From Mesotaenium endlicherianum (lineage: Eukaryota): 64,000 bases of DNA. Under the pieces are notes generated by a model. That model saw only the letters and a program-made list of their open reading frames with translations, was not told the origin of the DNA and ran no database searches. Where the stretch lies: contig WELA01001569.1 in assembly GCA_009602735.1 (NCBI GenBank), positions 1-64,000 on the forward strand, in the 5' to 3' direction. The stretch's first letter is position 1. Each line of letters opens with the position of its first letter. The position numbers and the translations under genes were made by a program. Shown here in pieces: positions 35,869 through 46,165 of this stretch.

Positions 35869-38203
35869 ATGGTAAGGACGAGGTCTCACGCCAGCAACTC
35901 TCGGGAGATGGAGGGTGAGGACAATGACAACACGGTAGAAGGGCAAAACGAAAGTTGCGTCTTTGGACCCCGTACCTACTTAGAAACACTGCATGATGCA
36001 GGAGCTAGAGAAGCTGCAGAGGCGGCAGCAGCTCTTGCTGCAGTAGAAGCTCAACTTGCTGAGGATGAGCGTTTAGCCAAAGAGGTACAGGACGCAGTAA
36101 ACAGGAGGGCCCCTGATGAAAGGACAGTGAAGGAGCAGATGGCAGAGAGGGCCAATCTCCAAAACCAACCTCCCGCTGTGCCTACAGTTATACCTCTCCC
36201 TCAGATTCGCAGACAACTGAGTGCAACAGGCATAGCCGGAGCAACAGCAATCGGGCAAGCCAAAGCTGCTACTAATCGAGCTAATGTTGATGCTGTTGCG
36301 CTTGCTGGGCTACCACCTCAAAATATAGATCTGGGAGTATTATTTGTGCAGATGCAATCGCAAATGGCGAGCATGTATCAGTCCCAGCAGGAGGACAAAA
36401 GAATCATAATGACACTGCTGCGTGACAGAGACCAACTGGGTTCTCACACCACTAGTGGTGGTGGCAGAGGTTCTAGTAAGCCTAAGCCAAAACCTCCTCA
36501 GGACCATGATCCTGAGGGAAACAAAAAGTATTACCTGATCAAGTTTCTTGCTGATGTTGAGCAGTGGCTGAAGAACTATCCAGAACTGCAGGACTACGAG
36601 AAAGTCAGGCACACTGGTGCTCTATTAAATGGCAATACAACAGACTGGTGGCTGTATTGGAAAGGAGAGCGTAAGGCTTAACAACTTGGTGACCCTACTT
36701 GGGTAGAGTTTGTCGAGAAACTGCATGAGAAGTTTGATGTTATCAATCAGCAGGAGAAAGTTGAAAGTTATCTATGCAATGATCTCCTTGACACTGAAGC
36801 AGACCACTTCAGTTGCTGAATTTTCTCAGAAGTTCTAGGAGAACATGATGAAGCAGCCGGAATTGCCGGAGCGTTATAGGATAGCAAACTTCAGGTATGG
36901 CTTGAAGCCCGAGGTCTCCGGTCATTTTGCTGAAAAGAAGTATGAAAAATTAGCTGACTTGATCCAAGATGCTGATGCCTAGAATCAGCAACAGTTCAAT
37001 TACAAGTGCCAGAGTAATGCTTTGGTGTCTAAGATTGTCAAAAAGCCAGATGGCTCCTACAATGCCATTGAAGGAGATCAGGTTGAGGACGATCAAGGTG
37101 ATGAGTAGGAATATGAGTACAATGTTATACAGTCTAGAGGGAGAGGTGGATGCTCTTGACGTGGCTATGGAAGAGGTGGTGGTAGGACTAAGCCGAGACC
37201 AGCCTCAGCAAAATCTATTTGCTTTCATCGCTAGGAGTTGGGCCACTACAGAGAGCAGTGTCTTAGAAAACACCTTCCAAAGGTTGAGAGAAAGGATCAG
37301 CCTTAAAAAGACAACAACAGTCAATAATCCAGTCTACTGACTGTGAGGATGCTAGAGATAGTGAGTCGTCACTAGCTGCCCTCGTAGCAGGTATTATGGT
37401 CCTGCTGAACTGGATTCACTATGCAGGCCTGACAACCAGATAAAGGAGACCATCAGCAATATAGATCTCCAGAGAGAGCACACTGTGGATGACCTTGTTC
37501 CCCTTGATGTCCAACATTTCTTTGCTAAGTCAGGAGAACAATGTGAAAGTCAGGAGAAGTCAGTCCCCTCCATCCTACTGCATTGTATGAGTGCAGGTAG
37601 GAAGGTGAGGGCATTCATTGACGGAGGGGCGTCACATATTTTTATCCATAAGGACTTAGTTAAGCGGCTAAGGCTGCCTACTGTCACCCAAGGGAATAGA
37701 AAAATATTTCTTGAAGATGCCTCAAGTATCCCGGGAGGAGTTATAACCAAGTCCATTGAGGTCCAGTTAGGTTCTGGCATTGCAGTTCTAACTGAAACGC
37801 TTACATTTGAGATACTCAACATTGGCTTTTATGATCTCGTGCTAGGAAGGTCCTGGCTTAATAGACATCAAGCTGAAGTGTGTTAGAGAAGAGGTACAGT
37901 TAAAGTGAGAGGAGCCAGTGATGGGCAGACTAACTTGGCACCCACCAGTGCTCTTCCTCTTGTCCTGTATGGATGGTAACTGAAGGAAAAGGAGAGGCTT
38001 CTAGGAGGGTGCGAATTGCTGAATGCAATGGAGTTCATCGAAAGCTGGAACCAGAAGGAAGACAGAATGTTCTGTGTGGTGCTAAAAGAGGTACCTCCTC
38101 AACCTGAAAAGTGGCTGAGAAGAAGGTGAGTCATCCGGAACACCCCACCGCTGCAAAAGTTGTTGCTCAGTATACTAATGTTTTTAACATGCCTCCAAGA
38201 TTG
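35869..38203 (+). pseudogene. gag-pol: A1 gag-protease pseudogene
   Basis: Collinear with A2 gag/pol but carries premature stops (e.g. 36679-36681) and indels. Confidence 0.9.
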
Positions 38204-38957
38204 TGTAATGAATCAGTATATTAGTGGTTATAATATTCATTTAAATATAATAGTTAATCAAGTTCAGCCTGCTGAACTTTAGTTAGTAGTCAGTCTGCTG
38301 GACTTTACATAATTATCAGTTTAATGACTCAGTAAAAAGCAGCAGGCTGAAAGTCCATATAAGTCAGCTTGCTGACACATTCTTTGACAGCAAGCTGACT
38401 TCCGTACTCGGTAGCAGCGAACTGCCTTGACATGCATCTAAGTGCGATATGCTAGATGAATAGCCAGATGACATCCCTATGATGGATGGCTATTCGGGAT
38501 GATGGGAGATGGCGGTGGATTTGGTTAACCGAGGTCCTACCAACGTGGTTAACTCCCGGGTAGGCGGTGCCATCGCACTGACCGTTGAACAGTAAACTCA
38601 TTCCATGTACATATGCTAGGCATTGCTCTCGAGTTCGGCATTCGGAAACGAGGCCAACTCTCTTGTACAGCTTACTGAGAGAGATCTGAATCCAAGGCGA
38701 GAAGCCATTGATACGCACTGTCTTCTAACCTTGCTTATGTATGAGTTTACTGATTTGCATCATTGATGCTAGTTTACTCGCATTTGACTTACGAGTATTA
38801 TTCCCTGCTAGTGTATTGTCCTTTGCCGTTTAACTAGTTAACGGAAATACCATAAAGATTACTTGCTGATATAAAGATCTTTATTAATTGTTAATCGCCT
38901 ATTTGGTAAGTCGATTCATTTCAGTGGTATCGGAGCAGTTATCACAGTCTTCTTTGT

Positions 38958-40436
38958 ATGGTAAGGACAAGGTCTCAAACTAGCAACTCCCGAGACATGG
39001 AGAACCAGGATAACGAGAATGTCGAAAACCAGGCGGAAAGCCATGTAGCGGGAAACCGTACCTATTCGGAAGCAGTAGCGGATACTGCAGCTAGGGAGGC
39101 TGCAGATGAGGCAGCTGCTATTGCCTCAGTCGCAGCTCAGCAAGCTGAGGAGGAGATAGCCAGACTAGAAGCTGAACAAGTAGCAAAGGCCGCTGAAGAT
39201 ATACAAAGGAGGGAAGGACAGCCAGCTGACGAGCGCACTGTTGAAGAACTTATGGCATCAAGGGCCAATGTTCTGAACCCACCTCCTGCCGTACAACTCA
39301 ATGTACCCCTAGGTCAAATACGTGACCGGCTGAATGCGGCAGGAATTGCTGCTGCAGGAGCAAGAGGGATTGTTGAGGACACTACTCAGCGAGTAGATGC
39401 CAATGCTGCTGCTGCATTTGCTAATCTACCACCCCAAAATGTAGACTTGGGAGCATTGTTCGTTCAGATGCAGTCGCAAATGGCGACCATGTATCAGTCC
39501 CAGCAGGAGGACAAAAGAATCATAATGTCCCTACTCCGGGACAGAGACCAACTGGGGTCTCACACCACTAGTGGTGGTGGCCGAGGGCCTAGTAAGCCCA
39601 AGCCGAAACCTCCCCAGGACTATGATCCTGAGGGAAACAGAAAATATTACCTGATCAAGTTTCTCGCGGATGTTGAGCAGTGGCTGGAGAACTACCCAGA
39701 ACTGCAAGATTACGAGAAGGTCAGGCACACCGGTGCGCTACTGAAAGGCAGTGCCGCAGACTGGTGGCTTTACTGGAAGGAAGAGCGTAAGGCTCGGCAA
39801 CTCGGTGACCCTACGTGGGTAGAGTTTGTCGAGAAGTTGCATGAGAAGTTTGATGTCATCAACCAGCAGGAGAAAGCTATCTATGCGATGATCTCCCTGA
39901 CACTGAAGCAGACCACTTCAGTTGCTGAGTTTGCTCAAAAGTTCCAAGAGAACATGATGAAGCAGCCTGATTTGCCAGAACGGTATAGGATAGCATACTT
40001 CAGGTATGGCTTGAAATCCGAGGTCTCTGGTCATTTTGCTGAGAAAAAGTATGAGAAACTGGCTGACTTGATCCAGGATGCTGACGCCTGGGATCAGCAG
40101 CAGTTCAATCACAAGCGCCAGAGTAACGCTTTGGTGTCTAAGATTGTCAAAAAGCCCCACGGTTCCTACAATGCAGTTGAAGGAGACCAGGCTGAGGATA
40201 ATCAGGGTGATGAATATGAGTATGAGTACAATGCTATTCAGTCTAGAGGTAGAGGTGGTCCCTCTCGAGGTGGCTATGGAAGGGGTGGTGGTAGGACTAA
40301 GCCGAGACCAGCCTCAGCAAAATCTACTTGCTACCATTGTCAGCAGAAAGGCCACTACAGAGAACAGTGTCCGGTCAAGCACCTGCCTAAGGTCGAGAGA
40401 AAAGACCAGCCTTTAAAAGACAGCAACAGTCAGTAA
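38958..40436 (+). CDS. gag: A2 Gag (capsid plus CCHC zinc knuckle), 492 aa
   Basis: LKGSAADWW capsid motif, RGRGG segment and [14 protein letters not shown] knuckle. Confidence 0.95.
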   Translation: MVRTRSQTSNSRDMENQDNENVENQAESHVAGNRTYSEAVADTAAREAADEAAAIASVAAQQAEEEIARLEAEQVAKAAEDIQRREGQPADERTVEELMASRANVLNPPPAVQLNVPLGQIRDRLNAAGIAAAGARGIVEDTTQRVDANAAAAFANLPPQNVDLGALFVQMQSQMATMYQSQQEDKRIIMSLLRDRDQLGSHTTSGGGRGPSKPKPKPPQDYDPEGNRKYYLIKFLADVEQWLENYPELQDYEKVRHTGALLKGSAADWWLYWKEERKARQLGDPTWVEFVEKLHEKFDVINQQEKAIYAMISLTLKQTTSVAEFAQKFQENMMKQPDLPERYRIAYFRYGLKSEVSGHFAEKKYEKLADLIQDADAWDQQQFNHKRQSNALVSKIVKKPHGSYNAVEGDQAEDNQGDEYEYEYNAIQSRGRGGPSRGGYGRGGGRTKPRPASAKSTCYHCQQKGHYREQCPVKHLPKVERKDQPLKDSNSQ

Positions 40437-43400
40437 TCCAGTCTACTGACTGTGAGGATGCTAGAGATAGTGAGTCGTCACTAGCTGCCCTCGTAGCAGG
40501 TATTATGGGTCCTGCTGAACTGGATTCACTATGCATGCCTGACAACCAGATAAAGGAGACCATCAGCAATATAGACGTCCAGAGAGTGCACACTCTGGAT
40601 GCTCTTGTTCCACCTGATGTCCAACATTTCTTTGCTACGTCAGGAGAACAATGCGAAAGTCAGGAAAAGACAGTCCCCCCTATCCTACTGCATTGCATGA
40701 TTGCAGGTAGGAAGGTGAGGGCATTTGTTGACGGAGGGGCGTCACATACTTTTATCCACAAGGACTTAGTTAAGCGGCTAAGGCTGCCTACTGTCACCCA
40801 AGGGAATAGAAAAATATTCCTTGGAGATGCCTCAAGTATCCCGGGAGGAGTTATAACCAAGCCTATTGAGGTCCAGTTAGGTTCTGGCATTGCAGTTCTA
40901 ACTGAAACGCTTACATTTGAGGTACTCAACACTGGCTTTTATGATCTCGTGCTAGGCAGGTCCTGGCTTAATAGACATCAAGCTGAAGTGTGTTGGAGCA
41001 GAGGTACAGTTAAAGTGAGAGGAGCCAGTGATGGGCAGACTGACTTGGCACCCACCAGTGCTCTTCCTCTTGTCCTGTGTGGATGGCAAATGAAGGAAAA
41101 GAAGAGGCTTCCAGAAGGATGCAAGTTGCTGAATGCAATGGAGTTCGTCAAAAGCTGGAACCAGAAGGAAGACAGAATGTTCTGTCTGCTGCTAAGAGAG
41201 GTACCTCCTCAACCTGAAGAAGTGGTTGAGAAAAAGGTACACCCTCCGGAACACCCTACTGCTGCAAACATTGTTGCTCAGTACACGGATGTGTTTAATA
41301 TGCCTCCAGGACTACCCCCTAAGCGGGAAGTAGATCATAGGATTGATTTATTACCTGGTAGCCAGCCACCCTGGCAACGCACGTATGGCTTGTCTTATTT
41401 GGAGAGTGAGGAGTTGAAAACACAGATTGCAGAGCTGGAGGAAAATGGTTACATTTCTCCCAGTAAATCACCGTACGGCGCACCTATCCTATTTGTTAAG
41501 AAAAAGGATGGCAGTATGCGGATGTGTGTGGATTACAGAGCCCTGAACAGAATTACAGTAAAGAACAAGTATGCTTTACCCAGAATCGAGGACTTGCTTG
41601 ATACCCTGTCTGGCGCTAAGGTGTTCAGTAAGATAGATCTCAAGAGTGGTTATCATCAAATCAGAATTGCTGAGGGGGATGAACACAAGACTGCTTTCCG
41701 CACACGTTATGGACACTATGAGTTCAACGTGATGCCATTTGGACTGACTAATGCTCCTGCTACCTTTATGGGTGCTATGAATGACATTTTCAGACCTTAT
41801 TTGGATAAGTTTGTGCAAGTTTTCCTGGATGATATTTTAATTTTCTCTAAAGATGAAGCTCAGCACACTGAACACTTAAAGAAAGTGCTGGACACTCTGC
41901 GGAAAAATCACTTGTATGCTAAAATGAGCAAGTGTGATTTCTTTAAGGAAAGTATTGAATTCTTAGGCCACGTTGTCAGTAAAGAGGGCATCAGTGTGGA
42001 TCCTAAGAAAGTCCAGACCATAAGGGACTGGCCAGTACCACAGTCTGTCTCTGAAGTTAGATCCTTCCTCGGGTTGGCTAACTACTATAGGAGATTTATT
42101 GAGAATTATTCCACAAAGGCCAGTAAACTGACTGACCTTACTAAGAAAGACATCGGGTATGTGTGGGGGGAAGAGCAGCAGGCTGCCTTCCAGACCCTTA
42201 AAGATGCCCTTTGTTCTGCCCCAGTGCTAGCCGTGTATGACCCCAGCAAACCGGTGCAGGTGGTTACTGATGCCTCTGATTTTGCCATGGGTGCTATTTT
42301 GTTGCAGCCTGCTGACAAAACCACAAAGGATGGTAAGGTACGGCAGGAGTGGCATCCTGTGTTGTATGAGTCTATGAAATTTAATCCAGCGGAGATTAAT
42401 TACTCAGTGCATGATAAAGAGCTGCTAGCTATCATTCATGTACTCAAACAGTGGAGAGCATACTTACATGGTAAAGCTTTTAAGGTGATTACAGATCATC
42501 TAGCTCTGACCCACTTTCAGAAGAAGTCCAAGCTGTCGAGGAGGGAGAACCGCTGGAGCCAGATGCTGGAGCAGTTCCAAGTCCAGATCGACTACAAACC
42601 AGGGAAGTTGAATCCTGCTGATGCACTCTCTAGAAGACCTGACTTGCAAGAAAGGAACTTTAGTCAGCATGCTGTAGATAAAGTCCTGTGTGCACTCACT
42701 TCACTAAAGGTGAAAAAGTCCTTCCTTGAACAACTTAGGAAAGCCTACCTTTCTGACCCAACATTTGAGCCCAGCCCCACTACTAGTATGTGTCGTGCTA
42801 CCGCACTCGGGTATAAGCTCAAGGGAGGGGTCTGGGTCACGGAAACCACTTCAGAGAGGCTGAAGCTGGTCATTCCTCATAATTTGGAGATAAGGTCTCT
42901 CTTACTGAGTCAAGCTCATGACAGTCTCCCGGGTGGACATTTGGGGCAGGCCAAAACTGTTGGCAAACTGGCAAAACATTATCATTGGGAGGGGTTACCC
43001 CGGGAGGTCTTGAAATATGTCAAGTCCTGTGACCAGTGTCAGAGAAATAAGTCTCGGCACACACCACCCGGAGGTCTCTTGCAATCGCTACCCATCCCAG
43101 CGGGACGCTGGGAAACTATATCCATGGACTGGGTGGTCTCACTACCAAGAACTGCCAACGGGCATGATTCAATACTGGTAGTCGTGGATAAACTGACAAA
43201 AATGGTCATTTTTATCCCCACAACTGTCAAAGTGACTGCACTCGAAACAGCGAGACAGTTTTACAACCATGTAGTATGCCAACATGGGCTCCCTTCTAAT
43301 ATCATCTCAGACAGAGACTCAAAATTCACCTCTAAGTTCTGGAGAGCTTTAATGGGGTTAATGGGAGTCAAACAGCTGCTCAGCACAGCAAACCACCCTC

Positions 43401-44221
43401 AGACTGATGGGCAGACTGAAAGAACTAACCGAGTTCTGCAGGAGGTGCTGAGAGCATATATTAACCAAAAACAAGATAATTGGGATGACCTGTTGCCTCA
43501 AATTCAGTTTGCGGTCAACAGTGCGGTGCACGCGTCAACGGGCAAAACTCCTTTTGAACTCAGCCTGGGTAGAGTCCCTAAGTCTCCTCTAGATGTGCTA
43601 GGGGAATCTTTAACTCACCCTGAAGGGATTGACAACCCGGTCTCCCTCCAGTTAACTCAGGAGTTTGCTGACACCCTGTCAGAAGTCCAACGAAACTTGC
43701 ACACGGCCCAAGAAAACCAACAAAAATACGCTAATCAACACCGTCGGGAACTGACATTTTCCAAGGGGGATTTAGTCAAACTGCATTCTCAGCACCTGTA
43801 CCTCCCTGGTGTGGTCAAGAAAAAGCTTGGCCCTGTCTGGGTCGGTCCATATTCGGTGGTCCGTCGTGTCGGTCAGAATGCTTACAAACTGAACATGTCA
43901 GCTGAATACAAGGGGCACCCGGTCTTTAATGTCTCCTTCCTGGAACCGTACATCAAAGGTGATACACTGTTCACAGGTCGGTTCCCTGTCCAACCGGGAC
44001 CGGTCCCCGCTGTCCGGGACGGCGACCCTGAGGAATATGAGGTCGATGAGATTTTAGACGCTCGCTCGGTCCGTCGATCGTCTAAATATGTCATGAAATA
44101 CCTCATTCGATGGAAGGGTTACGATGCCTCTGGGGACACTTGGGAGTTTAAGGACCACTTGACCAATGCCAAAGGGGCGTTGACACGGTTCCACCTTCGG
44201 GCCGCTGGAGTCCCTCCATAA
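40412..44221 (+). CDS. pol: A2 Pol (PR-RT-RNaseH-IN-chromodomain), probably entered by -1 frameshift from gag
   Basis: [19 protein letters not shown] and VFLDD; RNase H TDASD; integrase HHCC, MDWV, SDRD and [11 protein letters not shown] motif; chromodomain EYEVDEIL...YLIRWKGY...TWE. The frame is open from the TTTAAAA site and the first ATG is at 40505. Confidence 0.95.
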   Translation, partial: FKRQQQSVIQSTDCEDARDSESSLAALVAGIMGPAELDSLCMPDNQIKETISNIDVQRVHTLDALVPPDVQHFFATSGEQCESQEKTVPPILLHCMIAGRKVRAFVDGGASHTFIHKDLVKRLRLPTVTQGNRKIFLGDASSIPGGVITKPIEVQLGSGIAVLTETLTFEVLNTGFYDLVLGRSWLNRHQAEVCWSRGTVKVRGASDGQTDLAPTSALPLVLCGWQMKEKKRLPEGCKLLNAMEFVKSWNQKEDRMFCLLLREVPPQPEEVVEKKVHPPEHPTAANIVAQYTDVFNMPPGLPPKREVDHRIDLLPGSQPPWQRTYGLSYLESEELKTQIAELEENGYISPSKSPYGAPILFVKKKDGSMRMCVDYRALNRITVKNKYALPRIEDLLDTLSGAKVFSKIDLKSGYHQIRIAEGDEHKTAFRTRYGHYEFNVMPFGLTNAPATFMGAMNDIFRPYLDKFVQVFLDDILIFSKDEAQHTEHLKKVLDTLRKNHLYAKMSKCDFFKESIEFLGHVVSKEGISVDPKKVQTIRDWPVPQSVSEVRSFLGLANYYRRFIENYSTKASKLTDLTKKDIGYVWGEEQQAAFQTLKDALCSAPVLAVYDPSKPVQVVTDASDFAMGAILLQPADKTTKDGKVRQEWHPVLYESMKFNPAEINYSVHDKELLAIIHVLKQWRAYLHGKAFKVITDHLALTHFQKKSKLSRRENRWSQMLEQFQVQIDYKPGKLNPADALSRRPDLQERNFSQHAVDKVLCALTSLKVKKSFLEQLRKAYLSDPTFEPSPTTSMCRATALGYKLKGGVWVTETTSERLKLVIPHNLEIRSLLLSQAHDSLPGGHLGQAKTVGKLAKHYHWEGLPREVLKYVKSCDQCQRNKSRHTPPGGLLQSLPIPAGRWETISMDWVVSLPRTANGHDSILVVVDKLTKMVIFIPTTVKVTALETARQFYNHVVCQHGLPSNIISDRDSKFTSKFWRALMGLMGVKQLLSTANHPQTDGQTERTNRVLQEVLRAYINQKQDNWDDLLPQIQFAVNSAVHASTGKTPFELSLGRVPKSPLDVLGESLTHPEGIDNPVSLQLTQEFADTLSEVQRNLHTAQENQQKYANQHRRELTFSKGDLVKLHSQHLYLPGVVKKKLGPVWVGPYSVVRRVGQNAYKLNMSAEYKGHPVFNVSFLEPYIKGDTLFTGRFPVQPGPVPAVRDGDPEEYEVDEILDARSVRRSSKYVMKYLIRWKGYDASGDTWEFKDHLTNAKGALTRFHLRAAGVPP

Positions 44222-44488
44222 CTGTCATTTCAGTTGACACGGGAAGGTGACAGGCGGTCCTGTCTCCATTTAAGTTGGAGGGGAAAATATATGACAGTTA
44301 GTGAGCGAGAGCGATAAAAACACACTCATACGTTTATGTGTAGCGCATCGCAACTACGTCAACTTTTAGCAATCATCCTGTAAGGTAAACAGCAGCGAAG
44401 CCACTATACTAAATACTAACATACTTCCTGCAATCCCTATGACAAAGGTCCATATCCTACTAACTTGTGCCCTGGTTACATGTGCAGG

Positions 44489-46165
44489 ATGGCGCCCACC
44501 ACACAAAAGGAGGACAGAAAGCGCAAGGCAGAAGAAGCCAGGAGGACAATGGAGCAATACCAGAAGGAGCTGGCGGCGACGTCCCTCACCAGGAGAGAAC
44601 AAGAAAGGGTCCGCAAACAACAAGAGGCGGCAGAAGAGGCACAGAGGAAGAAGGATCAGGAAGCGGAAAACCTCAGGAAGGCTGAGGAGGAGAGACAGAA
44701 GAAACAGCAAGAAGAAGCGGCAGCGGCAGAAGAGGAGAAAAGAAAAAAGATTGAAGCGGACAGACAGAAGAGCTTGGCCACTTACAGGTATACTGTGGTG
44801 GGTGGCCAAAACTTCGATAACCTGAAGGAAGCATTGCTGGCAGCCCAGGAGATCAACAGGCTGGAACAGACAACACTGCTACAGAAGGAAGGAGCTACAG
44901 CACTGGACAGGTACATCGAGACACACACCGGCGTGGTCCTTTACGAAGATTATGCTAAGATGGTGGGCTATACAGCAGAGCAGGCCCGGTATCTCGCAGA
45001 TGATTCAGAGGACAAGCCGGTCCCCATACCGGGAATAGTGGGAGATCAGAGACTCATCCGGATGGTGAGCATGCGGCCCGATAGCTTTAAGGATACGGTA
45101 TTCTACCTCACACTCCTGCCAGCTTACAATGAAGTTGAGAGAAGGAGCTGGGAGTACTTGGCCAGGGAAGCAGGACAGCAGATGTTCTCTCCCCACTGGT
45201 TCCCGTGTAAACTGAGGAAGGCTGAGCACGGACCCCAGTACTACCAGCAGCCAACAGACTGGAGGTGGATGACCGTCACAAATAAGAAGCAGGAGTGTGA
45301 CCGAGCCCAACCGGATGACTTCCACTATGGCCTAGACGGCTATCTCATCCTACCACCTCACATTGCCCCTTGGGACCCCAGGCTGAATGGATGCCTGAGC
45401 AATATGAATGCAGAGACCAAGGAACATAGGAGGAGGGGAAGAGAGTACTTCTCTAAGGGAAAGCATGCCTTTGTCAAATGGGCAAAGAATGCAGGCCGGA
45501 TAGATATCAGTAGGCTGAAGGCCAAGCAACCTCCAGCGCGCCCTAAGAAAGGGAGGTCGGTAGACTACTCCATGTCTACTAGGGAGCAGGACGACTTAGT
45601 GGACGAGACCCCTACTCTCTCCGAGGAGGAGGATGAGGAGGATGAGGAAGAAGAACAAGGCAGAGGAGAAGCATCAGCAGCGGGTACTCAGGATACCCAG
45701 GGACAGGCAGTGGCACTTCCTAAAGAACCACGATCAGGTGTGTGGAATGTGATCCCCGTTATGGCGACAACTGGACCCCGCGCTCGCTCCCCCAGCCAAC
45801 CTGCCCAAGCAGGGGAAGAAGCTGATCTGACTGTACTGGGCAGCAGACACAGACAGAAATCCCCAGAGGACACGGGTGTCAGAAGAGGGACACGCGGGTG
45901 GGTTAGAGGTATGCCAGCCTCCCCCTCCGCTCAGGGGCATGTACCTCTAGCCAATGTATTTCAGCATTCTACTGGAATGCCTGTCTATGTGGGAATCAAC
46001 ACCCAAGTGGTTGAAGAGCAGGCCACCATCCTCCGTTCTCCTCGAGGTCCAACTTTAGAGCAAACAGGGTTCTTTAGAAGGCCAGCTGACAGACCTAGAG
46101 GGCTGTCCAGATCTAGGTCCAGATCTCCGTCTCCTGACCCTGAAGCCCCAGGAACAACCCCTTAA
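44489..46165 (+). CDS. A2 ORF3, ~558 aa protein of unknown function (coiled-coil N-terminus, aromatic-rich central region, acidic and RS-rich tail)
   Basis: Uninterrupted 1.7-kb sense ORF between pol and the 3' LTR. The ATG lies just after TACTAAC...TGCAG|G. Confidence 0.8.
   Translation: MAPTTQKEDRKRKAEEARRTMEQYQKELAATSLTRREQERVRKQQEAAEEAQRKKDQEAENLRKAEEERQKKQQEEAAAAEEEKRKKIEADRQKSLATYRYTVVGGQNFDNLKEALLAAQEINRLEQTTLLQKEGATALDRYIETHTGVVLYEDYAKMVGYTAEQARYLADDSEDKPVPIPGIVGDQRLIRMVSMRPDSFKDTVFYLTLLPAYNEVERRSWEYLAREAGQQMFSPHWFPCKLRKAEHGPQYYQQPTDWRWMTVTNKKQECDRAQPDDFHYGLDGYLILPPHIAPWDPRLNGCLSNMNAETKEHRRRGREYFSKGKHAFVKWAKNAGRIDISRLKAKQPPARPKKGRSVDYSMSTREQDDLVDETPTLSEEEDEEDEEEEQGRGEASAAGTQDTQGQAVALPKEPRSGVWNVIPVMATTGPRARSPSQPAQAGEEADLTVLGSRHRQKSPEDTGVRRGTRGWVRGMPASPSAQGHVPLANVFQHSTGMPVYVGINTQVVEEQATILRSPRGPTLEQTGFFRRPADRPRGLSRSRSRSPSPDPEAPGTTP

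Noticed and set aside
40720..41835. Protease DGG and RT FLDD/FIDD variants
   Set aside because: Both kinds of variant occur in known plant Ty3/gypsy lineages, and DGG is shared by A1 and A2, so it is not a lesion.
44489..46165. Calling ORF3 an env gene
   Set aside because: No signal peptide or hydrophobic transmembrane segment is visible in the translation.
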